From: Eledone cirrhosa
Lineage: Eukaryota
DNA length: 64,000 nt
Direction: 5' to 3'
Assembly (NCBI GenBank): GCA_964016885.1
Contig: OZ024745.1
Location: 46,872,001 to 46,936,000, forward strand
Both the position numbers and the translations under genes were made by a program. Positions 50,241 to 63,782 of this stretch are shown piece after piece (the stretch's first letter is position 1; every line of letters starts with the position of its first letter). The notes below the pieces were generated by a model that was not told the origin of the DNA, did not search any database, and saw only the letters and a list, made by a program, of their open reading frames with translations.

Positions 50241-53200
50241 TACCCCGTTTTTTATTTGGGTGCCATGTTTTTTTATGGGGTGGTCCGTTTTTTATTTGGG
50301 TGCCCCGTTTTTTATTTGGATGCACCGTTTTTATTTGGGTACCCCGTTATTTATTCGGGTGCCCCGTTTTGTATTTGGGTACCCCGTTTTTTATTTGGGT
50401 GCCCCGTTTCTTTATGAGGGTGGGTCCGTTTTTTATTCGGGTACCCCGTATTTTATGGGGGGTCCGTTTTATATTTGGGTGCCCCGTTTTTATATGGGGG
50501 GGTCCGTTTTTTATTTGGGTGCCCCGTTTTTTTAAGGGGGGGTCGGTTTTTTATTTGGGTACCCCGTTTTTTATTGGGTGCCCCGTTTTTTATGGGGGGG
50601 GCCGTTTTTTATTTGGGTACCCCGTTTTTTATTTGGGTGCCCCGTTTTTTTATGTGGGGGTCTGTTTTTTATTTGGGTGCCCCGTTTTTTTATGGGGGGG
50701 TCCGTTTTTCATTTGGGTACCTCGTTTTTTATTTGGGTGCCCCGTTTTTTTATGGGGGGTCCGTTTTTTATTTAGGTGCCCCGTTCTTTCTATGGGGGGG
50801 TCCGTTTTTTATATGGGTGCCCCGTTTTTTATGGGGGCTCCGTTTTTTATTTGGGTGCCCCGTTTTTTATGCAGGGGTCCGTTTTTTATTTGGGTGCCCC
50901 GTTTTTTTTATGGGGGGGTCCGTTTTTTATTTGGGTGCCCCGTTTTTTTATGGGGGGGTCCGTTTTTTATTTGGGTACCCCGTTATTTATTTGGGTGCCC
51001 CGTTTTGTATTTGGGTACCCCGTTTTTTATTTGGGTGCCCCGTTTCTTTATGAGGGTGGGTCCGTTTTTTATTTGGGTACCCCGTTTTTTATGGGGGGTC
51101 CGTTTTATATTTGGGTGCCCCGTTTTTATATGGGGGGTCCGTTTTTTATTTGGGTGCCCCGTTTTTTTAAGGGGGGGTCGGTTTTTTATTTGGGTACCCC
51201 GTTTTTTATTGGGTGCCCCGTTATTTATGGGGGGGGGGCCGTTTTTTATTTGGGTACCCCGTTTTTTATTTGGGTGCCCCGTTTTTTTATGTGGGGGTCT
51301 GTTTTTTATTTGGGTGCCCCGTTTTTTTATGGGGGGGTCCGTTTTTCATTTGGGTACCTCGTTTTTTATTTGGGTGCCCCGTTCTTTTATGGGGGGTCCG
51401 TTTTTTATTTGGGTGCCCCGTTCTTTCTATGGGGGGGTCCGTTTTTTATATGGGTGCCCCGTTTTTTATGGGGGCTCCGTTTTTTATTTGGGTGCCCCGT
51501 TTTTTATGCGGGGGTCCGTTTTTTATTTGGGTGCTCCGTTTTTTTATGGGGGGGGTCCGTTTTTTATTTGGGTGCCCCGTTTTTTTATGGGGGGGTCCGT
51601 TTTTTATTTGGGTACCCCGTTTTTTATTTGGGTGCCCCGTTTTTTAATGGGGGGGTGTCCGTTTTTTATTTAGGGGCCCCGTTCTTTTTACGGGGGGTCC
51701 GTTTTTTATTTGGGTACCCCGTTTTTTATTTGGGTACCCCGTTTTTTTATGGTGGGTCCGTTTTTTAATTGGGTACCCCATTTTTTATTTGGGTGCCCCG
51801 TTTTTTTATGGTTGGGGTCCGTCTTTTATTTGGGTACCCCGTTTTTTATTTGGGTGCCCCGTTTTTTTATGGGGAGGGGTCCGTTTTTTATTTGGGTGCC
51901 CCGTTTTTTTATGGGGTGGTCCGTTTTTTATTTGGGTGCCCCGTTTTTTATTTGGGTGCACCGTTTTTATTTGGGTACCCCGTTATTTATTTGGGTGCCC
52001 CGTTTTTTATTTGGGTACCCCGTTTTTTATTTGGGTGCCCCGTTTCTTTATGAGGGTGGGTCCGTTTTTTATTTGGGTACCCCGTTATTTATTTGGGTGC
52101 CCCGTTTTTTTATGGGGGGGTCCGTTTTTTAATTGGGTACCCCCGTTTTTTATTTGCGTGCCCCGTTATTTTATGGGGGGTCCGTTTTTTATTTGGGTAC
52201 CCTGTTTTTTATTTGGGTGCCCCGTTTTTTTATGGGGGGTCCGTTTTTTTATTTGGGTACCCCGGTTTTTATTTGGGTGCCCCATTTTGTTATGGTTGGT
52301 GTCCGTTTTTTAATTGGGTACCCCGTTTTTTATTTGGTTGCCCCGTTTTTTTATGGGGGGGGTGTCCATTTTTTATTTGGGTGCCCCGTTCTTTTATGGG
52401 GGTCCGTTTTTTATTTGGGTGCCCCGGTTTTTATTTGGGTACCCTGTCTTTTATTTGGGTGCCTCGTTTTTTTATGGGGGGTCCGTTTATTATTTGGGTA
52501 CCCCGGTTTTTATTTGGGTACCCAATTTTTTTATGGTTGGGGTCTGTTTCTAATTTGGGTGCCCCGTTTTTTTATGGGGGGTCCGTTTTTTATTTGGGTA
52601 CCCCGTTTTTTATTTGGGTGCCCCGTTTTTTTATGGGGGGGTGTCCGTTTTTTATTTAGGTGCCCCGTTATTTTTACGGGCGGTCCGTTTTTTATTTGGG
52701 TACCCCGTCTTTTATTTGGGTACCCCGTTTTTTTATGGGGGGTCCGTTTTTTAATTGGGTACCCCATTTTTTATTAGGGTGCCCCGTTTTTTTATTGTTG
52801 GGGTCCGTCTTTTATTTGGGTACCCCGTTTTTTATTTGGGTGCCCCGTTTTTTTATGGGGAGGGGTCCGTTTTTTATTTGGGTGCCCCGTTTTTTTATGG
52901 GGGGTCCGTTTTTTAATTGGGTACCCCGTTTTTTATTTGGGTGCCCCGTTTTTTTATGGGGGGTCCGTTTTTTATTTGGGTACCCCGTATTTTATGGGGG
53001 GTCCGTTTTATATTTGGGTGCCCCGTTTTTTTAAGGGGGGTCGGTTTTTTATTTGGGTACCCCGTTCTTTATTGGGTGCCCCGTTTTTTATGGGGGGCCG
53101 TTTTTTATTTGGGTACCCCGTTTTTTATTTGGGTGCCCCGTTTTTTTATGTGGGGGTCTGTTTTTTATTTGGGTGCCCCGTTTTTTTATGGGGGAGTCCG

Positions 53201-53629
53201 TTTTTCATTTGGGTACCCCGTTTTTTATTTGGGTGCCCCGTTTTTTTATGGGGTGTCCGTTTTTTATTTGGGTGCCCCGTTCTTTCATGGGGGGGTCCGT
53301 TTTTTATTTGGGTGCCCCGTTTTTCATGGGGGCTCCGTTTTTTATTTGGGTGCCCCGTTTTTTATGCGGGGGTCCGTTTTTTATCTGGGTGCCCCGTTTT
53401 TTTATGGGGGGGTCCGTTTTTTATTTGGGTGCCCCGTTTTTTTATGGGGGGGTCCGTTTTTTTATGGGGGGGTCCGTTTTTTATTTGGGTACCCCGTTTT
53501 TTATTTGGGTGCCATGTTTTTTATGGGGTGGTCCGTTTTTTATTTGGGTGCCCCGTTTTTTATTTGGGTGCACCGTTTTTATTTGGGTACCCCGTTATTT
53601 ATTTGGGTGCCCCGTTTTTTATTTGGGTA

Positions 53630-53812
53630 CCCCGTTTTTTATTTGGGTGCCCCGTTTCTTTATGAGGGTGGGTCCGTTTTTTATTTGGGTACCCCGTTTT
53701 TTATGGGGGTCCGTTTTATATTTGGGTGCCCCGTTTCTTTATGAGGGTGGGTCCGTTTTTTATTTGGGTACCCCGTTTTTTATGGGGGTCCGTTTTATAT
53801 TTGGGTGCCCCG
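53630..53812 (+). repeat. 79-bp (four-monomer) tandem duplication
   Basis: TATGAGGGTGGGTCCG occurs at 53661 and 53740, followed by identical sequence through TTTTATATTTGGGTGCCCCG. Confidence 0.85.
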
Positions 53813-56800
53813 TTTTTATCTGGGGGGATCCGTTTTTTATTTGGGTGCCCCGTTTTTTTAAGGGGGGGTCTGTTTTTTATTTGGGTACCCCGTTTTTTAT
53901 TGGGTGCCCCGTTTTTTATGGGGGGGGGGCCGTTTTTTATTTGGGTACCCCGTTTTTTATTTGGGTGCCCCGTTTTTTTATGTGGGGGTCTGTTTTTTAT
54001 TTGGGTGCCCCGTTTTTTATGGGGGGGTCCGTTTTTCATTTGGGTACCTCGTTTTTTATTTGGGTGACCCGTTTTTTTATGGGGGGTCCGTTTTTTATTT
54101 GGGTGCCCCGTTCTTTCATGGGGGGGTCCGTTTTTTATATGGGTGCCCCGTTTTTTATGGGGGCTCCGTTTTTTATTTGGGTGCCCCGTTTTTTATTTGG
54201 GTGCACCGTTTTTATTTGGGTACCCCGTTATTTATTTGGGTGCCCCGTTTTTTATTTGGGTACCCCGTTTTTTATTTGGGTGCCCCGTTTCTTTATGAGG
54301 GTGGGTCCGTTTTTTATTTGGGTACCCCGTTTTTTATGGGGGTCCGTTTTATATTTGGGTGCCCCGTTTTTATCTGGGGGCTCCGTTTTTTATTTGGGTG
54401 CCCCGTTTTTTTAAGGGGGGGTCTGTTTTTTATTTGGGTACCCCGTTTTTTATTGGGTGCCCCGTTTTTTAGGGGGGGGGGCCGTTTTTTATTTGGGTAC
54501 CCCGTTTTTTATTTGGGTGCCCCGTTTTTTTATGTGGGGGTCTGTTTTTTATTTGGGTGCCCCGTTTTTTATGGGGGGGTCCGTTTTTCATTTGGGTACC
54601 TCGTTTTTTATTTGGGTGACCCGTTTTTTTATGGGGGGTCCGTTTTTTATTTGGGTACCCCGTTCTTTCATGGGGGGGTCCGTTTTTTATATGGGTGCCC
54701 CGTTTTTTATGGGGGCTCCGTTTTTTATTTGGGTGCCCCGTTTTTTATGCGGGGGTCCGTTTTTTATTTGGGTGCCCCGTTTTTTATGGGGGGTCCGTTT
54801 TTTACTTGGGTACCCCGTTTTTTATTTGGGTGCCATGTTTTTTTATGGGGTGGTCCGTTTTTTATTTGGGTGCCCCGTTTTTTATTTGGGTGCACCGTTT
54901 TTATTTGGGTACCCCGTTAATTATTTGGGTGCCCCGTTTTTTATTTGGGTACCCCGTTTTTTATTTGGGTGCCCCGTTTCTTTATGAGGGTGGGTCCGTT
55001 TTTTATTTGGGTACCCCGTTCTTTATTTGGGTGCCCCGTTTTTTTTATGGGGAGGAGTCCCTTTTTTATTTGGGTGCCCCGTTTTTTTATGGGGGGGTCC
55101 GTTTTTTAATTGGGTACCCCCGTTTTTTATTTGGGTGCCCCGTTTTTATTATGGGGTGTCCGTTTTTTATTTAGGTACCCTGTTTTTTATTTGGGTGCCC
55201 CGTTTTTTTATGGGGGGTCCGTTTTTTTATTTGGGTACCCCGGTTTTTATTTGGGTGCCCCATTTTGTTATGGTTGGTGTCCGTTTTTTAATTGGGTACC
55301 CCCGTTTTTTATTTGGGTGCCCCGTTTTTTTTATGGGGTGTCCGTTTTTTATTTAGGTACCCTGTTTTTTATTTGGGTGCCCCGTTCTTTTATGGGGGTA
55401 CGTTTTTTATTTGGGTGCCCCGGTTTTTATTTGGGTACCCTGTCTTTTATTTGGGTGCCTCGTTTTTTTATGGGGGGGTCCGTTTATTATTTGGGTACCC
55501 CGGTTTTTATTTGGGTACCCCATTTTTTTATGGTTGGGGTCTGTTTCTAATTTGAGTGCCCCGTTTTTTTATGGGGGGGTCCGTTTTTTATTTGGGTACC
55601 CCGTTTTTTATTTGGGTGCCCCGTTTTTTAATGGGGGGGGTGTCCGTTTTTTATTTAGGTGCCCCGTTTTTTTTATGGGGGGTCCGTTTTTTATTTGGGT
55701 ACCCCGTTTTTTATTTGGGTACCCCGTTTTTTTATGGGGGGTCCGTTTTTTAATTGGGTACCCCATTTATTTATTTGGGTGCCCCGTTTTTTTATGGTTG
55801 GGGTCCGTCTTTTATTTGGGTACCCCGTTTTTTATTTGGGTGCCCCGTTTTTTTATGGGGGGGTCCGTTTTTTAATTGGGTACCCCGTTTTTTATTTGGG
55901 TGCCATGTTTTTTTATGGGGTGGTCCGTTTTTTATTTGGGTGCCCCGTTTTTTATTTGGGTGCACCGTTTTTATTTGGGTACCCCGTTATTTATTTGGGT
56001 GCCCCGTTTTTTATTTGGGTACCCCGTTTTTTATTTGGGTGCCCCGTTTCTTTATGAGGGTGGGTCCGTTTTTTATTTGGATACCCCGTTCTTTATTTGG
56101 GTGCCCCGTTTTTTTTATGGGGAGGGGTCCCTTTTTTATTTGGATGCCCCGTTTTTTTATGGGGGGTCCGTTTTTTAATTGGGTACCCCCGTTTTTTATT
56201 TGCGTGCCCCGTTATTTTATGGGGGGTCCGTTTTTTGTTTGGGTACCCTGTTTTTTATTTGGGTGCCCCGTTTTTTTATGGGGGGTCCGTTTTTTTATTT
56301 GGGTACCCCGGTTTTTATTTGTGTGCCCCATTTTGTTATGGTTGGTGTCCGTTTTTTAATTGGGTACCCCGTTTTTTATTTGGTTGCCCCGTTTTTTTAT
56401 GGGGGGGGTGTCCATTTTTTATTTGGGTGCCCCGTTCTTTTATGGGGGGTCCGTTTTTTATTTGGGTACCCCGTATTTTATGGGGGGTCCGTTTTATATT
56501 TGGGTGCCCCGTTTTTATATGGGGGGTCCGTTTTTTATTTGGGTGCCCCGTTTTTTTAAGGGGGGGGTCGGTTTTTTATTTGGGTACCCCGTTTTTTATT
56601 GGGTGCCCCGTTTTTTATGGGGGGGGCCGTTTTTTATTTGGGTACCCCGTTTTTTATTTGGGTGCCCCGTTTTTTTATGTGGGGGTCTGTTTTTTATTTG
56701 GGTGCCCCGTTTTTTTATGGGGGAGTCCGTTTTTCATTTGGGTACCCCGTTTTTTATTTGGGTGCCCCGTTTTTTTATGGGGTGTCCGTTTTTTATTTGG

Positions 56801-56900
56801 GTGCCCCGTTTTTTATGGGGGCTCCGTTTTTTATTTGGGTGCCCCGTTTTTTATGCGGGGGTCCGTTTTTTATTTGGGTGCCCCGTTTTTTTATGGGGGG

Positions 56901-57398
56901 TCCGTTTTTTATTTGGGTGCCCCGTTTTTTTATGGGGGGGTCCGTTTTTTATTTGGGTACCCCGTTTTTTATTTGGGTGCCATGTTTTTTATGGGGTGGT
57001 CCGTTTTTTATTTGGGTGCCCCGTTTTTTATTTGGGTGCACCGTTTTTATTTGGGTACCCCGTTATTTATTTGGGTGCCCCGTTTTTTATTTGGGTACCC
57101 CGTTTTTTATTTGGGTGCCCCGTTTCTTTATGAGGGTGGGTCCGTTTTTTATTTGGGTGCCCCGTTTTTTTATGGGGGGGTCCGTTTTTTATTTGGGTAC
57201 CCCGTTTTTTATTTGGGTGCCATGTTTTTTATGGGGTGGTCCGTTTTTTATTTGGGTGCCCCGTTTTTTATTTGGGTGCACCGTTTTTATTTGGGTACCC
57301 CGTTATTTATTTGGGTGCCCCGTTTTTTATTTGGGTACCCCGTTTTTTATTTGGGTGCCCCGTTTCTTTATGAGGGTGGGTCCGTTTTTTATTTGGGT
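56901..57398 (+). repeat. Exact 240-bp (12-monomer) tandem duplication
   Basis: Lines 56941/57181, 57001/57241 and 57061/57301 are letter-for-letter identical. Confidence 0.93.
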
Positions 57399-59039
57399 AC
57401 CCCGTTTTTTATGGGGGTCCGTTTTATATTTGGGTGCCCCGTTTTTATATGGGGGGGTCCGTTTTTTATTTGGGTGCCCCGTTTTTTTAAGGGGGGGTCT
57501 GTTTTTTATTTGGGTACCCCGTTTTTTATTGGGTGCCCCGTTTTTTATGGGGGGGGGGGCGTTTTTTATTTGGGTACCCCGTTTTTTATTTGGGTGCCCC
57601 GTTTTTTTATGTGGGGGTCTGTTATTTATTTGGGTGCCCCGTTTTTTATGGGGGGGTTCGTTTTTCATTTTGGTACCTCGTTTTTTATTTGGGTGACCCG
57701 TTTTTTTATGGGGGTCCGTTTTTTATTTGGGTGCCCCGTTCTTTCATGGGGGGGTCCGTTTTTTATATGGGTGCCCCGTTTTTTATAGGGGCTCCGTTTT
57801 TTATTTGGGTGCCCCGTTTTTTATGCGGGGCTCCGTTTTTTATTTGGGTGCCCCGTTTTTTTATGGGGGGTCCGTTTTTTATTTGGGTACCCCGTTTTTT
57901 ATTTGGGTGCCATGTTTTTTTATGGGGTGGTCCGTTTTTTATTTGGGTGCCCCGTTTTTTATTTGGGTGCACCGTTTTTATTTGGGTCCCCCGTTAATTA
58001 TTTGGGTGCCCCGTTTTTTATTTGGGTACCCCGTTTTTTATTTGGGTGCCCCGTTTCTTTATGAGGGTGGGTCCGTTTTTTATTTGGGTACCCCGTTCTT
58101 TATTTGGGTGCCCCGTTTTTTTTATGGGGAGGAGTCCCTTTTTTATTTGGGTGCCCCGTTTTTTTATGGGGGGGTCCGTTTTTTATTTAGGTACCCTGTT
58201 TTTTATTTGGGTGCCCCGTTTTTTTATGGGGGGTCCGTTTTTTTATTTGGGTACCCCGGTTTTTATTTGGATGCCCCATTTTGTTATGGTTGGTGTCCGT
58301 TTTTTAATTGGGTACCCCGTTTTTCATATGGTTGCCCCGTTTTTTTATGGGGGGGGTGTCCGTTTTTTATTTGGGTGCCCCGTTCTTTTATGGGGGTCCG
58401 TTTTTTATTTGGGTGCCCCGGTTTTGATTTGGGTACCCTGTCTTTTATTTGGGTGCCTCGTTTTTTTATGGCGAGGTCCGTTTATTATTTGGGTACCCCG
58501 GTTTTTATTTGGGTACCCCATTTTTTTATGGTTGGGGTCTGTTTCTAATTTGGGTGCCCCGTTTTTTTATGGGGGGGTCCGTTTTTTATTTGGGTACCCC
58601 GTTTTTTATTTGGGTGCCCCGTTTTTTTATGGGGGGTGTCCGTTTTTTATTTAGGTGCCCCGTTCTTTTTATGGGGGGTCCGTTTTTTATTTGGGTACCC
58701 CGTTTTTTATTTGGGTACCCCGTTTTTTTATGGGGGGGCCGTTTTTTAATTGGGTACCCCATTTTTTATTTGGGTGCCCCGTTTTTTTATGGTTGGGGTC
58801 CGTCTTTTATTTGGGTGCCCCGTTTTTTTATGGGCAGGGGTCCGTTTTTTATTTGGGTGCCCCGTTTTTTTATGGGGGGGTCCGTTTTTTAATTGGGTAC
58901 CCCGTATTTTATTTGGGTGCCCCGTTTTTTTATGGGGGGTCCGTTTTTTATTTGGGTGCCCCGTTTTTTATTTGGGTGCCCCGTTTTTTATTTGGGTACC
59001 CCGTTTTTTATTTGGGTGCCCCGTTTTTTTACGGGGGGG

Positions 59040-62000
59040 TCCGTTTTTTATTTGGGTGCCCCGTTTTTTTATGGGGGGGTCCGTTTTTTATTTGGGTACC
59101 CCGTTTTTTATTTGGGTGCTCCGTTTTTTATTTGGGTACCCCGTTTTTTATTTGGGTACCCCGTTTCTTTATGAGGGTGGGTCCGTTTTTTATTTGGGTA
59201 CCCCGTTTTTTATGGGGGGTCCGTTTTATATTTGGGTGCCCCGTTTTTATATGGGGGGGTCCGTTTTTTATTTGGGTGCCCCGTTCTTTTAAGGGGGGTT
59301 CGGTTTTTTATTTGGGTACCCCGTTTTTTATTGGGTGCCCCGTTTTTTATGGGGGGGGGGCCGTTTTTTATTTGGGTACCCCGTTTTTTATTTGGGTGCC
59401 CCGTTTTTTTATGTGGGGGTCTGTTTTTTATTTGGGTGCCCCGTTTTTTTATGGGGGGGTCCGTTTTTCATTTGGGTACCTCGTTTTTTATTTGGGTGAC
59501 CCGTTTTTTTATGGGGGGTCCGTTTTTTATTTGGGTACTCCGTTCTTTCATGGGGGGGTCCGTTTTTTATATGGGTGCCCCGTTTTTTATGGGGGCTCCG
59601 TTTTTTATTTGGGTGCCCCGTTTTTTATGCGGGGGTCCGTTTTTTATTTGGGTGCCCCGTTTTTTTATGGGGGGGTCCGTTTTTTATTTGGGTGCCCCGT
59701 TTTTTTATGGGGGGGTCCGTTTTTTATTTGGGTACCACGTTTTTTATTTGGGTGCCATGTTTTTTTATGGGGTGGTCCATTTTTTATTTGGGTGCCCCGT
59801 TTTTTATTTGGGTGCACCGTTTTTATTTGGGTACCCCGTTAATTATTTGGGTGCCCCGTTTTTTATTTGGGTACCCCGTTTTTTTATGGGGAGGGGTCCC
59901 TTTTTTATTTGGGTGCCCCGTTTTTTTATGGGGGGGTCCGTTTTTTAATTGGGTACCCCGTTATTTATTTGGGTGCCCCGTTTTTTTTATGGGGAGGGGT
60001 CCCTTTTTTATTTGGGTGCCCCGTTTTTTTATGGGGGGGTCCGTTTTTTAATTGGGTACCCCCGTTTTTTATTTGGGTGTCCCGTATTTTTTATGGGGGT
60101 CCGTTTTTTATTTGGGTACCCTGTTTTTTATTTGGGTGTCCCGTTTTTTTTATGGGGTCCGTTTTTTATTTGGGTACCCTGTTTTTTATTTGGGTGCCCC
60201 GTTTTTTTATGGGGGGTCGGTTTTTTTATTTGGGTACCCCGCTTTTTATTTGGGTGCCCCATTTTGTTATGGTTGGTGACCGTTTTTTAATTGGGTACCC
60301 CGTTTTTTATTTGGTTGCCCCGTTTTTTTATGGGGGGGTGTCCGTTTTTTATTTGGGTGCCCCGTTCTTTTATGGGGGTCCATCTTTTATTTGGGTGCCC
60401 CGGTTTTTATTTGGGTACTCCATTTTTTTATGGTTGGGGTCTGTTTCTAATTTGGGTGCCCCGTTTTTTTATGGGGGGGTCCGTTTTTTATTTGGGTACC
60501 CCGTTTTTTATTTGGGTGCCCCGTTTTTTAAGGGGGGTTCGGTTTTTTATTTGGGTACCCCGTTTTTTAATTGGGTGCCCCGTTTTTTATGGGGGGGCCG
60601 TTTTTTATTTGGGTACCCCGTTTTTTATTTGGGTGCCCCGTTTTTTTATGTGGGGGTTTGTTTTTTATTTGGGTGCCCCGTTTTTTTATGGGGGGGTCCG
60701 TTTTTCATTTGGGTACCTCGTTTTTTATTTGGGTGACCCGTTTTTTTATGGGGGTCCGTTTTTTATTTGGGTGCCCCGTTCTTTCATGGGGGGGTCCGTT
60801 TTTTATATGGGTGCCCCGTTTTTTATGGGGGCTCCGTTTTTTATTTGGGTGCCCCGTTTTTTATGCGGGGGTCCGTTTTTTATTTGGGTGCCCCGTTTTT
60901 TTATGGGGGGGTCCGTTTTTTATTTGGGTGCCCCGTTTTTTTATGGGGGGGTCCGTTTTTTATTTGGGTACCCCGTTTTTTATTTGGGTGCTCCGTTTTT
61001 TATTTGGGTACCCCGTTTTTTATTTGGGTGCCCCGTTTCTTTATGAGGGTGGGTCCGTTTTTTATTTGGGTACCCCGTTTTTTATGGGGGGTCCGTTTTA
61101 TATTTGGGTGCCCCGTTTTTATATGGGGGGGTCCGTTTTTTATTTGGGTGCCCCGTTTTTTTAAGGGGGGTTCGGTTTTTTATTTGGGTACCCCGTTTTT
61201 TATTGGGTGCCCCGTTTTTTATGGGGGGGGCCGTTTTTTATTTGGGTACCCCGTTTTTTATTTGGGTGCCCCGTTTTTTTATGTGGGGGTCTGTTTTTTA
61301 TTTGGGTGCCCCGTTTTTTTATGGGGGGGTCCGTTTTTCATTTGGGTACCTCGTTTTTTATTTGGGTGACCCGTTTTTTTATGGGGGGGTCCGTTTTTTA
61401 TTTGGGTACTCCGTTCTTTCATGGGGGGGTCCGTTTTTTATATGGGTGCCCCGTTTTTTATGGGGGCTCCGTTTTTTATTTGGGTGCCCCGTTTTTTATG
61501 CGGGGGTCCGTTTTTTATTTGGGTGCCCCGTTTTTTATGGGGGGGTCCCTTTTTTATTTGGGTGCCCCGTTTTTTTATGGGGGGGTCCGTTTTTTAATTG
61601 GGTACCCCGTTATTTATTTGGGTGCCCCGTTTTTTTTATGGGGAGGGGTCCCTTTTTTATTTGGGTGCCCCGTTTTTTTATGGGGGGGTCCGTTTTTTAA
61701 TTGGGTACCCCCGTTTTTTATTTGGGTGTCCCGTATTTTTTATGGGGGTCCGTTTTTTATTTGGGTACCCTGTTTTTTATTTGGGTGTCCCGTTTTTTTT
61801 ATGGGGTCCGTTTTTTATTTGGGTACCCTGTTTTTTATTTGGGTGCCCCGTTTTTTTATGGGGGGTCGGTTTTTTTATTTGGGTACCCCGCTTTTTATTT
61901 GGGTGCCCCATTTTGTTATGGTTGGTGACCGTTTTTTAATTGGGTACCCCGTTTTTTATTTGGTTGCCCCGTTTTTTTATGGGGGGGTGTCCGTTTTTTA

Positions 62001-62180
62001 TTTGGGTGCCCCGTTCTTTTATGGGGGTCCATCTTTTATTTGGGTACCCCGGTTTTTATTTGGGTACTCCATTTTTTTATGGTTGGGGTCTGTTTCTAAT
62101 TTGGGTGCCCCGTTTTTTTATGGGGGGGTCCGTTTTTTATTTGGGTACCCCGTTTTTTATTTGGGTGCCCCGTTTTTTTA
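59040..62180 (+). repeat. ~1.65-1.87 kb duplication (~59040-60520 versus ~60910-62170)
   Basis: ORF twins are 59232/61104 (offset 1872) and 59949/61598, 60052/61701, 60291/61940 (offset 1649). Private GGTTGGTGACCG, GTACTCCG and GTCCATCTTTT are present in both copies. Confidence 0.88.
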
Positions 62181-63280
62181 TGGGGGGGTGTCCGTTTTTT
62201 ATTTATGTGCCCCGTTTTTTTTATGGGGGGTCTGTTTTTTATTTGGGTACCCCGTTTTTTATTTGGGTACCCCGTTTTTTTATGGGGGGTCCGTTTTTTA
62301 ATTGGGTACCCCATTTTTTATTTGGGTGCCCCGTTTTTTTATGGTTGGGGTCCGTCTTTTATTTGGGTGCCCCGTTTTTTTATGGGCAGGGGTCCGTTTT
62401 TTATTTGGGTGCCCCGTTTTTTTATGGGGGGGTCCGTTTTTTAATTGGGTACCCCGTTATTTATTTGGGTGCCCCGTTTTTTTATGGGGGGTCCGTTTTT
62501 TATTTGGGTGCCCCGTTTTTTATTTGGGTGCCCCGTTTTTTATTTGGGTACCCCGTTTTTTATTTGGGTACCCCGTTTTTTTACGGGGGGGTCCGTTTTT
62601 TATTTGGGTGCCCCGTGTTTTTATGGTGGGGGGCCCGTTTTTTATTTGGGTGCACCGTTTTTTTATGCGGGGGTCCGTTTTTTATTTGGGTGCCCCGTTT
62701 TTTTTATGGGGGGTCCGTTTTTTATTTGGGTGCCCCGTTTTTTATTTGGGTGCCCCGTTTTTTTAAGGGGGGTCCGTTCTTTATTTGGGTGCCCCGTTTT
62801 TTATTTGGGTGCCCCGTTTTTTTATGGGGTCCGTTTTTTATTTGGGTACCCCGTTTTTTATGGGGTGTCCGTTTTATATTTGGGTGCCCCGTTTTTATAT
62901 GGGGGGGTCCGTTTTTTATTTGGGTGCCCCGTTTTTATAAGGGGGTGTCGGTTTATTATTTGGGTACCCCGTTTTTTATTGGGTGCCCCGTTTTTTATGG
63001 GGGGGCCGTTTTTTATTTGGGTACCCCGTTTTTTATTTGGGTGCCCCGTTTTTTTATGTGGGGGTCTGTTTTTTATTTGGGTGCCCAGTTTTTTTATGGG
63101 GGGTCCGTTTTTCATTTGGGTACCCCGTTTTTTATTTGGGTGCCCCGTTTTTTTATGGGGGGGTCCGTTTTTTATTTGGGTGCCCCGTTCTTTCATGGGG
63201 GGTGTCCATTTTTTATTTGGGTGCCCCGTTTTTTATGGGGGCTCCGTTTTTTATTTGGGTGCCCCGTTTTTTTATGGGGG

Positions 63281-63782
63281 GGTCCGTTTTTTATTTGGGT
63301 GCCCCGTTTTTTTATGGGGGGGTCGTTTTTTTATTTGGGTACCCCGTTTTCTATTTGGGTGCCATGTTTTTTTATGGGGTGGTCCGTTTTTTATTTGGGT
63401 GCCCCGTTTTTTATTTGGGTGCACCGTTTTTATTTGGGTACCCCGTTAATTATTTGGGTGCCCCGTTTTTTATTTGGGTACCCCGTTTTTTATTTGGGTG
63501 CCCCGTTTCTTTATGAGGGTGGGTCCGTTTTTTATTTGGGTGCCCCGTTTTTTTATGGGGGGGTCCGTTTTTTATTTGGGTACCCCGTTTTCTATTTGGG
63601 TGCCATGTTTTTTTATGGGGTGGTCCGTTTTTTATTTGGGTGCCCCGTTTTTTATTTGGGTGCACCGTTTTTATTTGGGTACCCCGTTAATTATTTGGGT
63701 GCCCCGTTTTTTATTTGGGTACCCCGTTTTTTATTTGGGTGCCCCGTTTCTTTATGAGGGTGGGTCCGTTTTTTATTTGGGT
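63281..63782 (+). repeat. 241-bp (12-monomer) tandem duplication
   Basis: The module GTACCCCGTTTTCTATTT..GCCATG..GTTAATTATTT..ATGAGGGTGGG occurs twice at offset 241 (63421/63662, 63481/63722). Confidence 0.9.

Noticed and set aside
23643-63665. Short K/P-rich minus-strand ORFs (KKRGTQIKNGPPHKK), superficially histone- or NLS-like
   Set aside because: They are reverse-complement translations of the same repeat where indels happen to skip the TAA frame.
64-63757. Hundreds of + strand ORFs up to 817 aa with F/G/P/W-rich sequence
   Set aside because: They overlap in all three frames with the same peptide, shift frame at homopolymer indels and have no unique domain. They are translations of a stop-free 20-bp repeat.
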